The notes under the pieces: model-generated | Databases searched by the model: none | Seen by the model: the letters and a program-made list of their open reading frames with translations, nothing else | Told to the model about the DNA's origin: nothing | In this document: positions 8,670-16,555 of the stretch, one piece after another | Numbering within the stretch: the stretch's first letter is position 1 | How the letters are laid out: every line of letters begins with the position of its first letter | Made by a program: the position numbers and the translations under genes | IMG/VR virus record: IMGVR_UViG_3300029305_006219 | DNA length: 64,000 bases | Origin: a virus | Strand: one strand, 5' to 3'

Positions 8670-8912
8670 TCAATCCTCTGTCACCTCTTCCTCTCCGTTT
8701 TTATCATACAATTTTCCGTCTGTACAACAGCCGTCATAGGTCAGGCGCATATATTCTATCCAATGATGACCGCAGTTATGACATCTGCGCTCTATTGAGA
8801 TTATCTCGTATAAGTCACCATTCTGTTCGGTGACATCTATCTCGGGGTCACTTGAATTATAGACCTTTTCAAACTCGCCGCATTTCGGACATTCGTATTC
8901 TCTTGTTTTCAT
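8670..8912 (-). CDS. small zinc-ribbon protein (80 aa)
   Basis: CPKCG...CHNCGH motifs. Intact ORF. Confidence 0.5.
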   Translation of the reverse strand: MKTREYECPKCGEFEKVYNSSDPEIDVTEQNGDLYEIISIERRCHNCGHHWIEYMRLTYDGCCTDGKLYDKNGEEEVTED

Positions 8913-9196
8913 TCTTCTTCCTCGCTTTCTTCGGGAATATCATAAGATAGGATTGTTCCATAGTATATGGCAGTATACAAATTGCGCCATCGTTTTTCGC
9001 AATTAAGACATTGATAAGTTTCCTCAACGAAGCCGTTGTTGTCATTTGGATATTCAAATGGATTTACTCCACTTCCATCATTCCAAACGATATTATCAGA
9101 TTTGCAAAAAGGACACACAATCCCTGCTTTGGGAAGTCTTACCATAGTATTATTGGCGGTATAGTTTCCTGTTTGTAATTTCTTATATATATTCAT
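8909..9196 (-). CDS. small zinc-ribbon protein (95 aa)
   Basis: CPFC...CLNC motifs and a TGA stop. It overlaps the neighbouring genes. Confidence 0.5.
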   Translation of the reverse strand: MNIYKKLQTGNYTANNTMVRLPKAGIVCPFCKSDNIVWNDGSGVNPFEYPNDNNGFVEETYQCLNCEKRWRNLYTAIYYGTILSYDIPEESEEEE

Positions 9197-9232
9197 TCCT
9201 CTTCCTCGCTTTCGTAGTGGGGGTGACTTTCG

Positions 9233-9703
9233 TCACCCCTCGGTAAAGTAGGTGTCAAATTCGCCTTTAGTTTTAAGCGATTCAAGACCTTTCTTCGTGT
9301 ATCTCGTCAAGTCAAGCTTAAAGTATTCACCGCCTTGCTTGAACACTATCATTTTACCCGCCTTGACGATTTTACAGTAGTCTGCATTTTCCGATATAGC
9401 GGTTTCGATTGCTTGGATAATTCCGTTCTTAGTTTTATCCTCTTTCACTACCCTCTCGCGCTGTGTCTTTTGCTTATACTCGGTTGATTTAGCTTTATGA
9501 ACCGTTGCGCTAACTCGATTCTCTTTAGCTTTTGCGGTGAGTGCTTGTTCTTCTTCGTTGTCGATATAATCGTTATCAAAGAGCCAAAGGTCAACCGCCT
9601 CTTGCCGTGAGCATTTAAGCATACGCATATTCAGCTCTATTGCCTCATTCGGTACTCGCACTGTGCGCCCGTTCTCAAGGGTATAAAGGCTATAATCTGC
9701 CAT
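9233..9703 (-). CDS. hypothetical protein (156 aa)
   Basis: Intact ORF with a TGA stop. A class-A promoter lies directly upstream. Confidence 0.55.
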   Translation of the reverse strand: MADYSLYTLENGRTVRVPNEAIELNMRMLKCSRQEAVDLWLFDNDYIDNEEEQALTAKAKENRVSATVHKAKSTEYKQKTQRERVVKEDKTKNGIIQAIETAISENADYCKIVKAGKMIVFKQGGEYFKLDLTRYTKKGLESLKTKGEFDTYFTEG

Positions 9704-9730
9704 TGGTTTTTACCTCTCTTTCTGTCCTCT

Positions 9731-9759
9731 TGACATATATATTATACCACACTCTTGGT
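9731..9759 (-). promoter_or_regulatory. early leftward promoter (class A: TTGACA-N17-TGgTATAAT plus an upstream A/T tract)
   Basis: The reverse complement reads cTTGACAaatgaccaagagtgtggTATAAT. On the minus strand an A-tract aaaaaatttttcaaaaac lies upstream of the -35. Confidence 0.55.
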
Positions 9760-9816
9760 CATTTGTCAAGAGGTTTGGTAAAAGTTTTTGAAAAATTTTT
9801 TTGGTATGAGGGAGAA

Positions 9817-10227
9817 TTACTCTCCCTCTACCTCGTCTACTACCCCGTAATTAAGGGAGTAGTATGCAACTTTCTTTTCAAGGGTGCGCTTAAAGTCTGC
9901 GCTCTTGGACACGATAGCGGTAATCATCTGTGACGATACGTTATCTCCGTTAGCTCTCTTATACTCTTTGATAGAATCGACCTTGAGGAGTGAGCCAACG
10001 GTCATTCCCTTTTCATCTACACACTCGGCGAGAGCGTCCTTGATAAGTTCGGTTACTGCGAGAGCGTCTTTCTGCGCAGGAGTGAGAGAAGCGGACTTTG
10101 AGTTCTTACGGGAGAGAAGCTCTATCTCGTGAGCCATAACATCTGCCCACTCGGTTTTGCCGTTCTCTATGAGGAACGCTTTGATGTTCTCAAAATTCTC
10201 TCTCTTGGTGATTTTCTTTTCTGCCAT
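9817..10227 (-). CDS. small protein, paralog family member 2 (136 aa)
   Basis: Similar in length and blocks to 1225..1614 and 10799..11203, e.g. ...SSQMITAIVSKSADFKRTLEKKVAYYSL. Confidence 0.55.
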   Translation of the reverse strand: MAEKKITKRENFENIKAFLIENGKTEWADVMAHEIELLSRKNSKSASLTPAQKDALAVTELIKDALAECVDEKGMTVGSLLKVDSIKEYKRANGDNVSSQMITAIVSKSADFKRTLEKKVAYYSLNYGVVDEVEGE

Positions 10228-10306
10228 AGTTTTCTACCTTTGCGATCTGTGACCGCCCTTTCAAAATTTTTTATTTCAAGAGGATTTTCCTCTTGATTAC
10301 ATATAT

Positions 10307-10335
10307 ATTATATCACAAGTTTGTGATTTTGTCAA
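10307..10335 (-). promoter_or_regulatory. early leftward promoter (class A)
   Basis: The minus strand reads TTGACA-N17-TATAAT (plus-strand attatatc...ttgtcaagggg). Confidence 0.5.
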
Positions 10336-10429
10336 GGGGTTTTTGAAAAGTTTTTCAAAAATTTTTTATTTTTTTCAGTGGTTGCAACTACGGGACGATG
10401 CCTCGCAAGGTCGTTCTATCCGTCACCGC

Positions 10430-10476
10430 CCCTTGACTACGATAATATTATATCATAAAAAGATAAATTTGTCAAT
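10430..10476 (-). promoter_or_regulatory. early leftward promoter (class B, with upstream TGCACAA operators)
   Basis: The minus strand reads TTGACAaatttatctttttatgaTATAAT. It lies about 80 nt upstream of the class-A promoter, a tandem arrangement. Confidence 0.45.
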
Positions 10477-10491
10477 AGAAAATGGGAAAAT

Positions 10492-10545
10492 AATTTGCAC
10501 AAATTTGAGAGGAATTTTGGTGAGAAAATTGTGCAACTTGCACAA
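10492..10545. promoter_or_regulatory. operator-like palindromes AATTTGCACAAATT and TTGTGCAAcTTGCACAA
   Basis: A perfect 8-1-8 inverted repeat at 10529-10545. The same 17-mer recurs at 12857-12873 and 16958-16974, and related half-sites occur upstream of other class-B promoters. Confidence 0.5.
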
Positions 10546-10557
10546 AAACGCACAAAT

Positions 10558-10625
10558 CGGCCCAGCGGCGGCCGCCGTTGGGCCGGTCAAAAAAAGACCT
10601 CTGCCGTCGCAGAGGTCTATCCTCG
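10558..10625 (-). terminator. tandem terminator: a GC-rich palindrome plus a hairpin with T7
   Basis: ggcccagcggcggccgccgttgggcc, then hairpin agacctctg..cagaggtct followed on the minus strand by T7. Confidence 0.5.
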
Positions 10626-10798
10626 AGGTTGACCATTCTCGCTTTCTCGCCACTCCTTGCGCATAGGGGACTTTGGTTTTAATGGTCTGCAAAGGCGTGT
10701 GATTTGAACACACATCTGTTGGAAACGAAACCAACTGTTCTTCCATTAAACTACCCTTTGTTATGTATGAGGGGCGCATTTGCGCCCCTGTGCCTCAC

Positions 10799-11203
10799 TC
10801 ACGCAAGGCGAAAGTAAGTGACCTTTTTGTCAATGGTCTTGACTACATCACCGCAGTCAACGAGCTTTTTAAGCATAGAGGAAACTCGCTGTGAAGATGT
10901 TTCCTTACCATCTGCCCACTCAAACTCTGCGATACGAGAATCCTTTGCTATCGCACCGCACTGCATACCCTTTACATCGGTTGCTTCTGCGAGAACATCA
11001 TGAATGAGGTCAAGGAAAGTATCAACTTCCTCTGCGCGCTTTGCGCTGACCTTACCACTCTTGCTTTCAAGCTGACCGAGCTTCTTTTCGGCAAACTCGA
11101 TTACTTTATCCATAGGGATTGTGGTCGGCTCTCCGCTTGCCATCTTGATGATTTCCTCATACATCTGCTTCTGTGTGTACTTGATTTCCTTGATTTCTGC
11201 CAT
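10799..11203 (-). CDS. small protein, paralog family member 3 (134 aa)
   Basis: Third member of the family, e.g. ...SSQRVSSMLKKLVDCGDVVKTIDKKVTYFRLA. TGA stop. Confidence 0.55.
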   Translation of the reverse strand: MAEIKEIKYTQKQMYEEIIKMASGEPTTIPMDKVIEFAEKKLGQLESKSGKVSAKRAEEVDTFLDLIHDVLAEATDVKGMQCGAIAKDSRIAEFEWADGKETSSQRVSSMLKKLVDCGDVVKTIDKKVTYFRLA

Positions 11204-11354
11204 AATTTTTTTCCTCTCTTGCTATTAGGTTGCAACCCTTTAATTTTATTTATCAGAGGTATTCCCTCTTGATTACATATATATTATACCATACTTTTTG
11301 GTATTTGTCAATAGGTTTTTGAAAAATTTTTTATTTTTTTTCTTGGGTAGAGGG

Positions 11355-12074
11355 TTATTCACCCTCTACCTCTTTGCGCTTATGAAAGGGATATACCCAT
11401 TCACCCTCTGGAGTTAAGCAACCGAGTTTCGTGCGCTCTTGGAAGATATTACAACCTCTTTTTCCAAGTTCACAAAGAATACGGAGTTCCCATTGAACAT
11501 CGGAAAGTGCGGTATGTTCCTCAACAAAATCTTTATCTTGGTTAAGAAATGCGGTTACACCCTCAACAGAGGTCGGTATATATTTACCACTTGGAGTGCG
11601 GAGTTCGTGTTCGTTGCAAAATGCGATATAATCTGCGGTAGAGCATATGTCGTATTGTGCATTACACCATATATCTATAACCTCGATTTTGTCAAGTGGA
11701 TTCAAAATACCGAGCGCAGTTGCGGTTCTGCGGAATTTGTCCTCGTCAAACTCGGAGTTATAGGCAAAGCCATACTGTATGCCATATCGGTCAATATCTC
11801 TTGCTATTTGCTCAAATATCTGTTTTTCGGTACGGAGTATTGCCGTTCCGTTCTCAACATTCAAGTCAAACTTTGCGAGTTTTTCTGCTTTGACGAACAT
11901 ATCATTCAAGAGCCAAATGCGGTTGTGATAATGTTTGCCTACAAGATAGTCTTTGCCTTTGAGTATCTTATACTTAAAGGTTGTTAAGTCAACATCTGCT
12001 ATACAATAGCCTATGTTAAGTAGTGTTTGGGTACAACACCCTGCGGTTTCGGTATCAAATACCATAATGTTCAT
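11355..12074 (-). CDS. DEDDh-family 3'-5' exonuclease (DnaQ / RNase T-like), 239 aa
   Basis: Exo I motif MVFDTETAG, a later FDxxF block and the Exo III motif H-TALSDVQWE. Intact ORF with a TAA stop. Confidence 0.7.
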   Translation of the reverse strand: MNIMVFDTETAGCCTQTLLNIGYCIADVDLTTFKYKILKGKDYLVGKHYHNRIWLLNDMFVKAEKLAKFDLNVENGTAILRTEKQIFEQIARDIDRYGIQYGFAYNSEFDEDKFRRTATALGILNPLDKIEVIDIWCNAQYDICSTADYIAFCNEHELRTPSGKYIPTSVEGVTAFLNQDKDFVEEHTALSDVQWELRILCELGKRGCNIFQERTKLGCLTPEGEWVYPFHKRKEVEGE

Positions 12075-12159
12075 TTTTTCTTTTCCTCTCTTTCTGTCAT
12101 AGGGAGTAGCCCTCGCTCTCCACTCGACATATATATTATATCACATCTTGACGAATTTG

Positions 12160-12606
12160 TCAAGAGGTTTTACAAAATTTTTTCAAAATTTCAAAAATTT
12201 TTTCGGGCGGAAATGCGTCACCCTTAGTCCACTCAAGGCGGTTGCGCTCTTCATCGTCAAACAGTATGCCCTCACTCTTGGCTACGGACGATTTGGGTGT
12301 GCCATATGGAACGATATGCAATTCATCAAAAATAACGGACTTCAAGTGCTTTTTGAGCCATTTGCGCTTGGCTTTAGTGACCGCCTTGTTATAGTCCTCA
12401 GTTGCGGCTTTAGACAGCCACGATATAACACCTATATGAACGCCATTGCGCTGAGCCTTATTCAATGCTCTTGCAAGTGCAGACATATTGTGCATAGGTC
12501 TTGCTTCTTCATATGGGCGCGTTCGCTTGGCTTCAAGGTCATCGAGCCAGCCTTCGACCGCATAAAGGTCAGCAACGGTGCCGTCAAGGTCTAAATAAAT
12601 TGTCAT
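12160..12606 (-). CDS. HAD-superfamily 5'(3')-deoxyribonucleotidase-like phosphatase (NT5C-like), 148 aa
   Basis: HAD motif I LDLDGTVADL at the N-terminus. Size and layout are typical of phage NT5C-like enzymes. Confidence 0.6.
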   Translation of the reverse strand: MTIYLDLDGTVADLYAVEGWLDDLEAKRTRPYEEARPMHNMSALARALNKAQRNGVHIGVISWLSKAATEDYNKAVTKAKRKWLKKHLKSVIFDELHIVPYGTPKSSVAKSEGILFDDEERNRLEWTKGDAFPPEKIFEILKKFCKTS

Positions 12607-12640
12607 TTGGTTTAGTTCCTTTCTTCCTTACTGCTCTTAT

Positions 12641-12669
12641 ATTATACCATACTTTGAGCGATTTGTCAA
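12641..12669 (-). promoter_or_regulatory. early leftward promoter (class A)
   Basis: Plus-strand attatacc...ttgtcaagggg with a 17-nt spacer. A second, class-B promoter lies at about 12745-12795. Confidence 0.5.
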
Positions 12670-12856
12670 GGGGTTTTTGAAAAATTTTTTCAAAAATTTT
12701 TGAGTGTCCACTGATTAGCAAGTCCATTTCACTGCTTTTGTTTCTCACCCCTTGACTACGATAATATTATACCACAAAGGGCGCAAAAAGTCAAGCGGTT
12801 TTGGGAATTTTCTTTTCGTCAATTTGCACAAACTTTTGGCGAAAAAATGCGTGGAA

Positions 12857-12935
12857 TTGTGCAATTTGCACAAAAACGGCGCCACACCGATCGGTGGCGC
12901 GCCGACCAAAAAGAGGGAGATTAATCTCCCTCTAT
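12857..12935 (-). promoter_or_regulatory. regulatory/insulator cassette: TTGTGCAAtTTGCACAA, then the GC palindrome ggcgccaCACCGATCGGTGgcgcgcc, then a terminator hairpin
   Basis: Same element order as at 10492-10625. The terminator hairpin agagggagattaatctccctct overlaps the TAA stop of gene 12921..13130. Confidence 0.5.
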
Positions 12936-13130
12936 TATGATTTTATTGATAACTTTTGCATAGTCTTCTTGCGCTCTTCGGAATGCTTGTGCCGCAGTAT
13001 GCAAAGGGCATTCTTCGCAATCAATTTCGCCGCACTGTATATGAATGCAGGGGTCAATCATTATAGCTTCAAGAGTGTCGTGCTGTTCTGTTGCGGTTAT
13101 TGTGACTATGATTTTCATATTTACCTCCAA
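12921..13130 (-). CDS. small Cys-containing protein (69 aa)
   Basis: ORF from the track with a TAA stop. Confidence 0.45.
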   Translation of the reverse strand: MEVNMKIIVTITATEQHDTLEAIMIDPCIHIQCGEIDCEECPLHTAAQAFRRAQEDYAKVINKIIIEGD

Positions 13131-13381
13131 ATTAAATTGATAAGATAATAAGTATTCATCGCAAATAATGCGACATTAAGTATTACAAGATTTATGCGCC
13201 TTGCGCTAAAGCAAAATGCGGTTGCGATTGCCGAGCCGATGAAGAATAATACTGTCATATCGGCGCCACACATAACACCTATTGCGCAAGCGGTATAGAT
13301 TAGTGCGGTGATATCGGTGATATCAAATTCATAGGGGCGGTCAAGGCTGAAATAGGTTTTTAGTTTACCAATCAAAGTCAT
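13121..13381 (-). CDS. small membrane protein (86 aa)
   Basis: Two hydrophobic segments. TAA stop. Confidence 0.5.
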   Translation of the reverse strand: MTLIGKLKTYFSLDRPYEFDITDITALIYTACAIGVMCGADMTVLFFIGSAIATAFCFSARRINLVILNVALFAMNTYYLINLIWR

Positions 13382-13553
13382 CTACCTCTTCTTCCTCATA
13401 ATCATTAGTATAATAATATTGCGTGGTTTTGAACTCTTTACCACAACCGCATTTATATTTGCGACTTGCGACAATTTGCTCTCCGTCCTCTTCATATTTT
13501 GCCGATAAATATTTAACTTGGGCGGTGCTACCGCAATTTGGACATTTAATCAT
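13365..13553 (-). CDS. small zinc-ribbon protein (62 aa)
   Basis: CPNCG...CGCGKEF motifs. Confidence 0.5.
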   Translation of the reverse strand: MIKCPNCGSTAQVKYLSAKYEEDGEQIVASRKYKCGCGKEFKTTQYYYTNDYEEEEVDDFDW

Positions 13554-13753
13554 TTTAATTTAAGCTCCTTTCTAATATTGATAATTCCACGAAATTCTGC
13601 GGTATAGATTGCTTCACAGTGAGGGCAACAAACTTTAGCCTCAAAATCTGCTTCATACCCGTCAAAATTCCATATCTTTGCATCCACATCTCCACAGAAC
13701 AAGTCATCTCTGGTTATAAGTTTATCGCAATTTGGGCATTTAATCATTTTCAA
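13550..13753 (-). CDS. small zinc-ribbon protein (67 aa)
   Basis: CPNC...CCPHC motifs. Confidence 0.5.
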   Translation of the reverse strand: MKMIKCPNCDKLITRDDLFCGDVDAKIWNFDGYEADFEAKVCCPHCEAIYTAEFRGIINIRKELKLK

Positions 13754-13945
13754 ATTCTCCTTGATATTCTCTTATTGTGCAATATCCACTCCAACGCCAT
13801 TCAAGGCATTGTTGATTGATATATTCTTGTGCCTGTTCTTGACTATCAAAGATAGGCGGTTTATTATCTCCTATGAATCCTTTATGCAAGAAGCCGTTTG
13901 GACAAGAGCGAGTATGAATATAAATTACATATTGCATAAGTATTA
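13740..13945 (-). CDS. small protein (about 68 aa); the longer track ORF 13740..14273 is rejected because it runs through the tRNA
   Basis: An internal ATG with RBS aagaggtaatacttATG lies just downstream of the tRNA. Upstream of it, the ORF translates tRNA and promoter DNA (..GSIPIRF.. matches the T-arm). Confidence 0.35.
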
Positions 13946-13957
13946 CCTCTCTTTTTT

Positions 13958-14032
13958 TGGTGAAGCGAATGGGAATTGAACCCACAACGCAGTTGAATAG
14001 TGTCAACCTCATTACCTTTGTGATACCGCTTC
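13958..14032 (-). tRNA. tRNA with CTA in the anticodon loop: candidate amber (UAG) suppressor tRNA
   Basis: Minus-strand sequence GAAGCGGTATCACAAAGGTAATGAGGTTGACACTATTCAACTGCGTTGTGGGTTCAATTCCCATTCGCTTCACCA. The 7-bp acceptor stem has one G.U pair. U8, A14 and GG are in the D-loop. The T-arm is GTGGG/CCCAT with loop TTCAATT. CCA is encoded. The anticodon stem GTTGA/TCAAC is perfect but the loop CACTAT has 6 nt, which is atypical, so the fold needs software confirmation. Confidence 0.6.
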
Positions 14033-14045
14033 TTATTACATTTAT

Positions 14046-14074
14046 ATTATACCATATAATCTTGCTTTTGTCAA
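14046..14074 (-). promoter_or_regulatory. consensus promoter driving the tRNA (TTGACA-N17-TGgTATAAT)
   Basis: The reverse complement reads cTTGACAaaagcaagattatatggTATAAT. The predicted transcription start is about 7 nt before the tRNA 5' end. Confidence 0.55.
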
Positions 14075-14217
14075 GAGGTTTTCGAAAAATATTTGCAACT
14101 ATTTTTCTTATCTCCGATACTTTCCTACTCAAAGCTTTCGTGTCCGTTCTCTTGTTGTACACCAAGTTTCTGATTTCCATTCCTTGCAAGTTAATTTCTC
14201 CGCACGAGGTTCCCCCT

Positions 14218-14258
14218 CTTGACATTATTATTATATCATACAATCGGGAAAATGTCAA
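14218..14258 (-). promoter_or_regulatory. second (class-B) promoter upstream of the tRNA
   Basis: The reverse complement reads cTTGACAttttcccgattgtatgaTATAAT. TGCACAA-type sites lie at 14275-14319, a GC palindrome at 14321-14347 and a terminator at about 14350-14385 further upstream. Confidence 0.5.
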
Positions 14259-14461
14259 GTGGTAATGTTGCACAAAGTTTCAACAAAAAAATGGCGGGAA
14301 GTGTACAAAATGCACAAAACGGAACGCGCCGGCCGGGCTCGTTCCGCTCGGATTTCAGGCAAAAAAGAAAAAACCCAGAACTCATGAAAAGCTCTGGAAA
14401 TTTGTTGAGAGGTCTACTTCGTGGAAATTCGGACTTGGCGCGACCGCCTTCGTCCGTCAGC

Positions 14462-14764
14462 TTAATGGCTGAAGTGTTTCAACACGTCTTGTACATTGTA
14501 CTCATTTTCATCATCACTCATAATTATAATTTTATTTTCCCATTCAGCAGGAATGCTTAAAATTTTAAATGTTTCCTTTAAGAATGAAATCATATTCGTA
14601 CAATCATTTTTTTGATTGTCAGAATGAAAGAGAAGGGCGCCCAACTCTTCACAATAAAGTGCATGAAGTGGATAGTCTTGCGCCGAGAGGGTTTCCCAAT
14701 CAAGGGGAGTAAGTGATGATTCAAAAGAAGTGATGACAAGAGCGTGGATGAAGTGATACTTCAT
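14462..14764 (-). CDS. hypothetical protein (100 aa)
   Basis: ORF from the track with a TAA stop. Confidence 0.5.
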   Translation of the reverse strand: MKYHFIHALVITSFESSLTPLDWETLSAQDYPLHALYCEELGALLFHSDNQKNDCTNMISFLKETFKILSIPAEWENKIIIMSDDENEYNVQDVLKHFSH

Positions 14765-14846
14765 ACCGCGTGACCTCCTTGTATCTCTTATTTCTTTTTA
14801 CATTTATATTATAATATAAAATTTTATAAAAATCAATGGGTGTGGA

Positions 14847-15055
14847 TTATTCCACACCCAAGAGTTCCTTTATTTTATTGACTACTTGCTCTTGTGCTTG
14901 TTTCAGAATGTAATAATCACAATTATCAAGTGTTGCAATATAATCATCTACCGCTATGCGGATTTCAATTTCATTACTATTATGATTAAGATCATACTCC
15001 TTAATGATTTCTTTTTCATTGATTTCTACGCCCGTAGTAATCTCTATATACATAT
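14847..15055 (-). CDS. small protein (about 68 aa, starting MYIEITTGVEINEKE)
   Basis: A strong RBS aaaaggagaaaacaatATG lies inside track ORF 14847..15173. A class-A promoter at 15386-15414 serves the operon. Confidence 0.45.
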
Positions 15056-15096
15056 TGTTTTCTCCTTTTGCGAATTTCCAAATTTTTCCAATGCGC

Positions 15097-15354
15097 CTAC
15101 CAAGCGACTCGGATATGATATCTACCTTCAAAAAGGTTTTTTTCAATCTCAGCCTTGTAGCCAAATTTTTCAAGATTCGCTCTTATGAGTTCGACCTCAT
15201 CTTTGGAAACCTCTTTTACTCCACTGAAATAACCTTGTGAAGCCCTTTTTTTGATGAAGCGCAACATCTCTTTCATTGCCCACGAATGCATGAATTGGTT
15301 TTGATTATTTTCTGCCATCTCTCTTGCTTCCTTTGCGGTCATAGGGTTTTTCAT
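15097..15354 (-). CDS. hypothetical protein (85 aa); the only early gene found that ends on TAG
   Basis: The stop codon is cta on the plus strand at 15097-15099, which is TAG on the minus strand. The frame stays open for about 22 more codons. Confidence 0.5.
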   Translation of the reverse strand: MKNPMTAKEAREMAENNQNQFMHSWAMKEMLRFIKKRASQGYFSGVKEVSKDEVELIRANLEKFGYKAEIEKNLFEGRYHIRVAW

Positions 15355-15428
15355 AAGTATTTCCTCTCTTTCTTTTAGTATATATATTATACCATACTTT
15401 TATATATTTGTCAAGTAGTTTTTGAAAA

Positions 15429-15653
15429 TTATTTGAAAAAAATTTCAAGCACAATTACATCGTCGCAACAACCCTCAATAGTTATTTCCATACTATCTAT
15501 CTTGCGGTTAGCATACTCTTTAATATGCTCACATTCTTTAACATACCAATCGATTGATTGAGCACCAAGCCATTGTTCTGCTTTGAGTAAGAAGTTGTCA
15601 TAAATGCGGATTTTATCTATGTTGTAGATAAGCGGAAGTTGTGCAAGTGTCAT
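15429..15653 (-). CDS. hypothetical protein (74 aa)
   Basis: RBS AGAGAGG. A class-B promoter lies at 15686-15714. Confidence 0.5.
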   Translation of the reverse strand: MTLAQLPLIYNIDKIRIYDNFLLKAEQWLGAQSIDWYVKECEHIKEYANRKIDSMEITIEGCCDDVIVLEIFFK

Positions 15654-15832
15654 AAGTCATTTTCCTCTCTTTCTTTTACACTTATATTATACCACAAATA
15701 TCGGGAATTGTCAATAGGTAATAATCAACAAAGTTTTGCGCCGATTTTTGTGCAAAATGCCAGCCCACAGATAAAACGGCTCGGCGCGCCCGATGCCGAG
15801 CCGCCAAAAAACAAAAGAGGGCAATCGCCCTC

Positions 15833-16213
15833 TTAGGTTTGATATTTAGTTATCTCTGTGGAAGAGCTTTGCGCCACCATTAGCGAAATACACCTTTGCA
15901 TTGTATCGAGTTCAACCACTCTGATGACTTTGCCTTTAGCATACGCATATCCGCACTCCCAAGCTGATCCAAGGTCACCATTGGCGCCTTCGCAAAAATA
16001 GAGAATTTCATCACATTCATCTATTGCTTGAACGTCGTGTTGGAATACCTTGCGCGCCCATTCGGAGTTAGGTAAAGCTTTAGCATTAGGTATCTCTAAT
16101 TCGTGGGGAACGTAAACTTTATATCCTAACTGTCGTAAGAGTTTTGCGTGCTTGTTTATTCTGTCCTTTTGGCTTTCGGTAAACATAGCACTTGCTATAT
16201 AAAACTTTTTCAT
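15833..16213 (-). CDS. nucleoside 2-deoxyribosyltransferase-like protein (NDT / Rcl-DNPH1 fold), 126 aa
   Basis: N-terminal FYIASAMFTE and catalytic-region DLGSAWECGYAYAKGKVI match the NDT family pattern (YxAGxxF ... D.G...E.GyA.a.gK). Confidence 0.55.
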   Translation of the reverse strand: MKKFYIASAMFTESQKDRINKHAKLLRQLGYKVYVPHELEIPNAKALPNSEWARKVFQHDVQAIDECDEILYFCEGANGDLGSAWECGYAYAKGKVIRVVELDTMQRCISLMVAQSSSTEITKYQT

Positions 16214-16238
16214 ATCTCACCTCTTGATAGTGGATAGA

Positions 16239-16457
16239 TTATTCATCTATCCACTCTTTTACTTTATAGGCTGTAACCTCGACAATATCAGCGGTGAATT
16301 TTATCTCTCCCGTAAAGTTATAGATTACGTAAGTATTACCTCTGTTATTTGTCGTAAACTCTCTTGCAAACTGAATTGCCATACTAAGATCGTCAAAATC
16401 AGCAATATGTTTGCCGTCCGCATAGACGCCATAGTCAAGAATGTCAAATTTTACCAT
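16239..16457 (-). CDS. hypothetical protein (72 aa)
   Basis: RBS AAGGAAGG. A class-B promoter lies at about 16486-16522, directly preceded by ATTTTGCACAAAATT. Confidence 0.5.
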   Translation of the reverse strand: MVKFDILDYGVYADGKHIADFDDLSMAIQFAREFTTNNRGNTYVIYNFTGEIKFTADIVEVTAYKVKEWIDE

Positions 16458-16555
16458 AATATTAATACCTTCCTTCCTTTACTGTGCCTATATTATATCA
16501 TATTACTTGCCTCTTGTCAATAGGCATTTTGCACAAAATTTTGCGGCGGGTCTTG

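Noticed and set aside
10343-10779. ORFs 10343..10666(+) and 10453..10779(-), and similarly 12752..13148(+) and 16977..17630(+)
   Set aside because: They lie entirely within promoter, operator and terminator cassettes, or antisense to supported minus-strand genes. They have no RBS and their translations are low-complexity.
11000-11987. Plus-strand ORFs 11000..11272 and 11439..11987
   Set aside because: Antisense to the paralog gene and the DEDDh exonuclease gene. No RBS. Spurious.
13740-14273. 177-aa minus-strand ORF from the track
   Set aside because: It runs straight through a well-formed tRNA (encoded CCA, T-arm, acceptor stem) and through two consensus promoters. The translation of the tRNA region (..GSIPIRF..) and of the promoter DNA is spurious. 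Only the short 3' part downstream of the tRNA (13740-13945) has an RBS.
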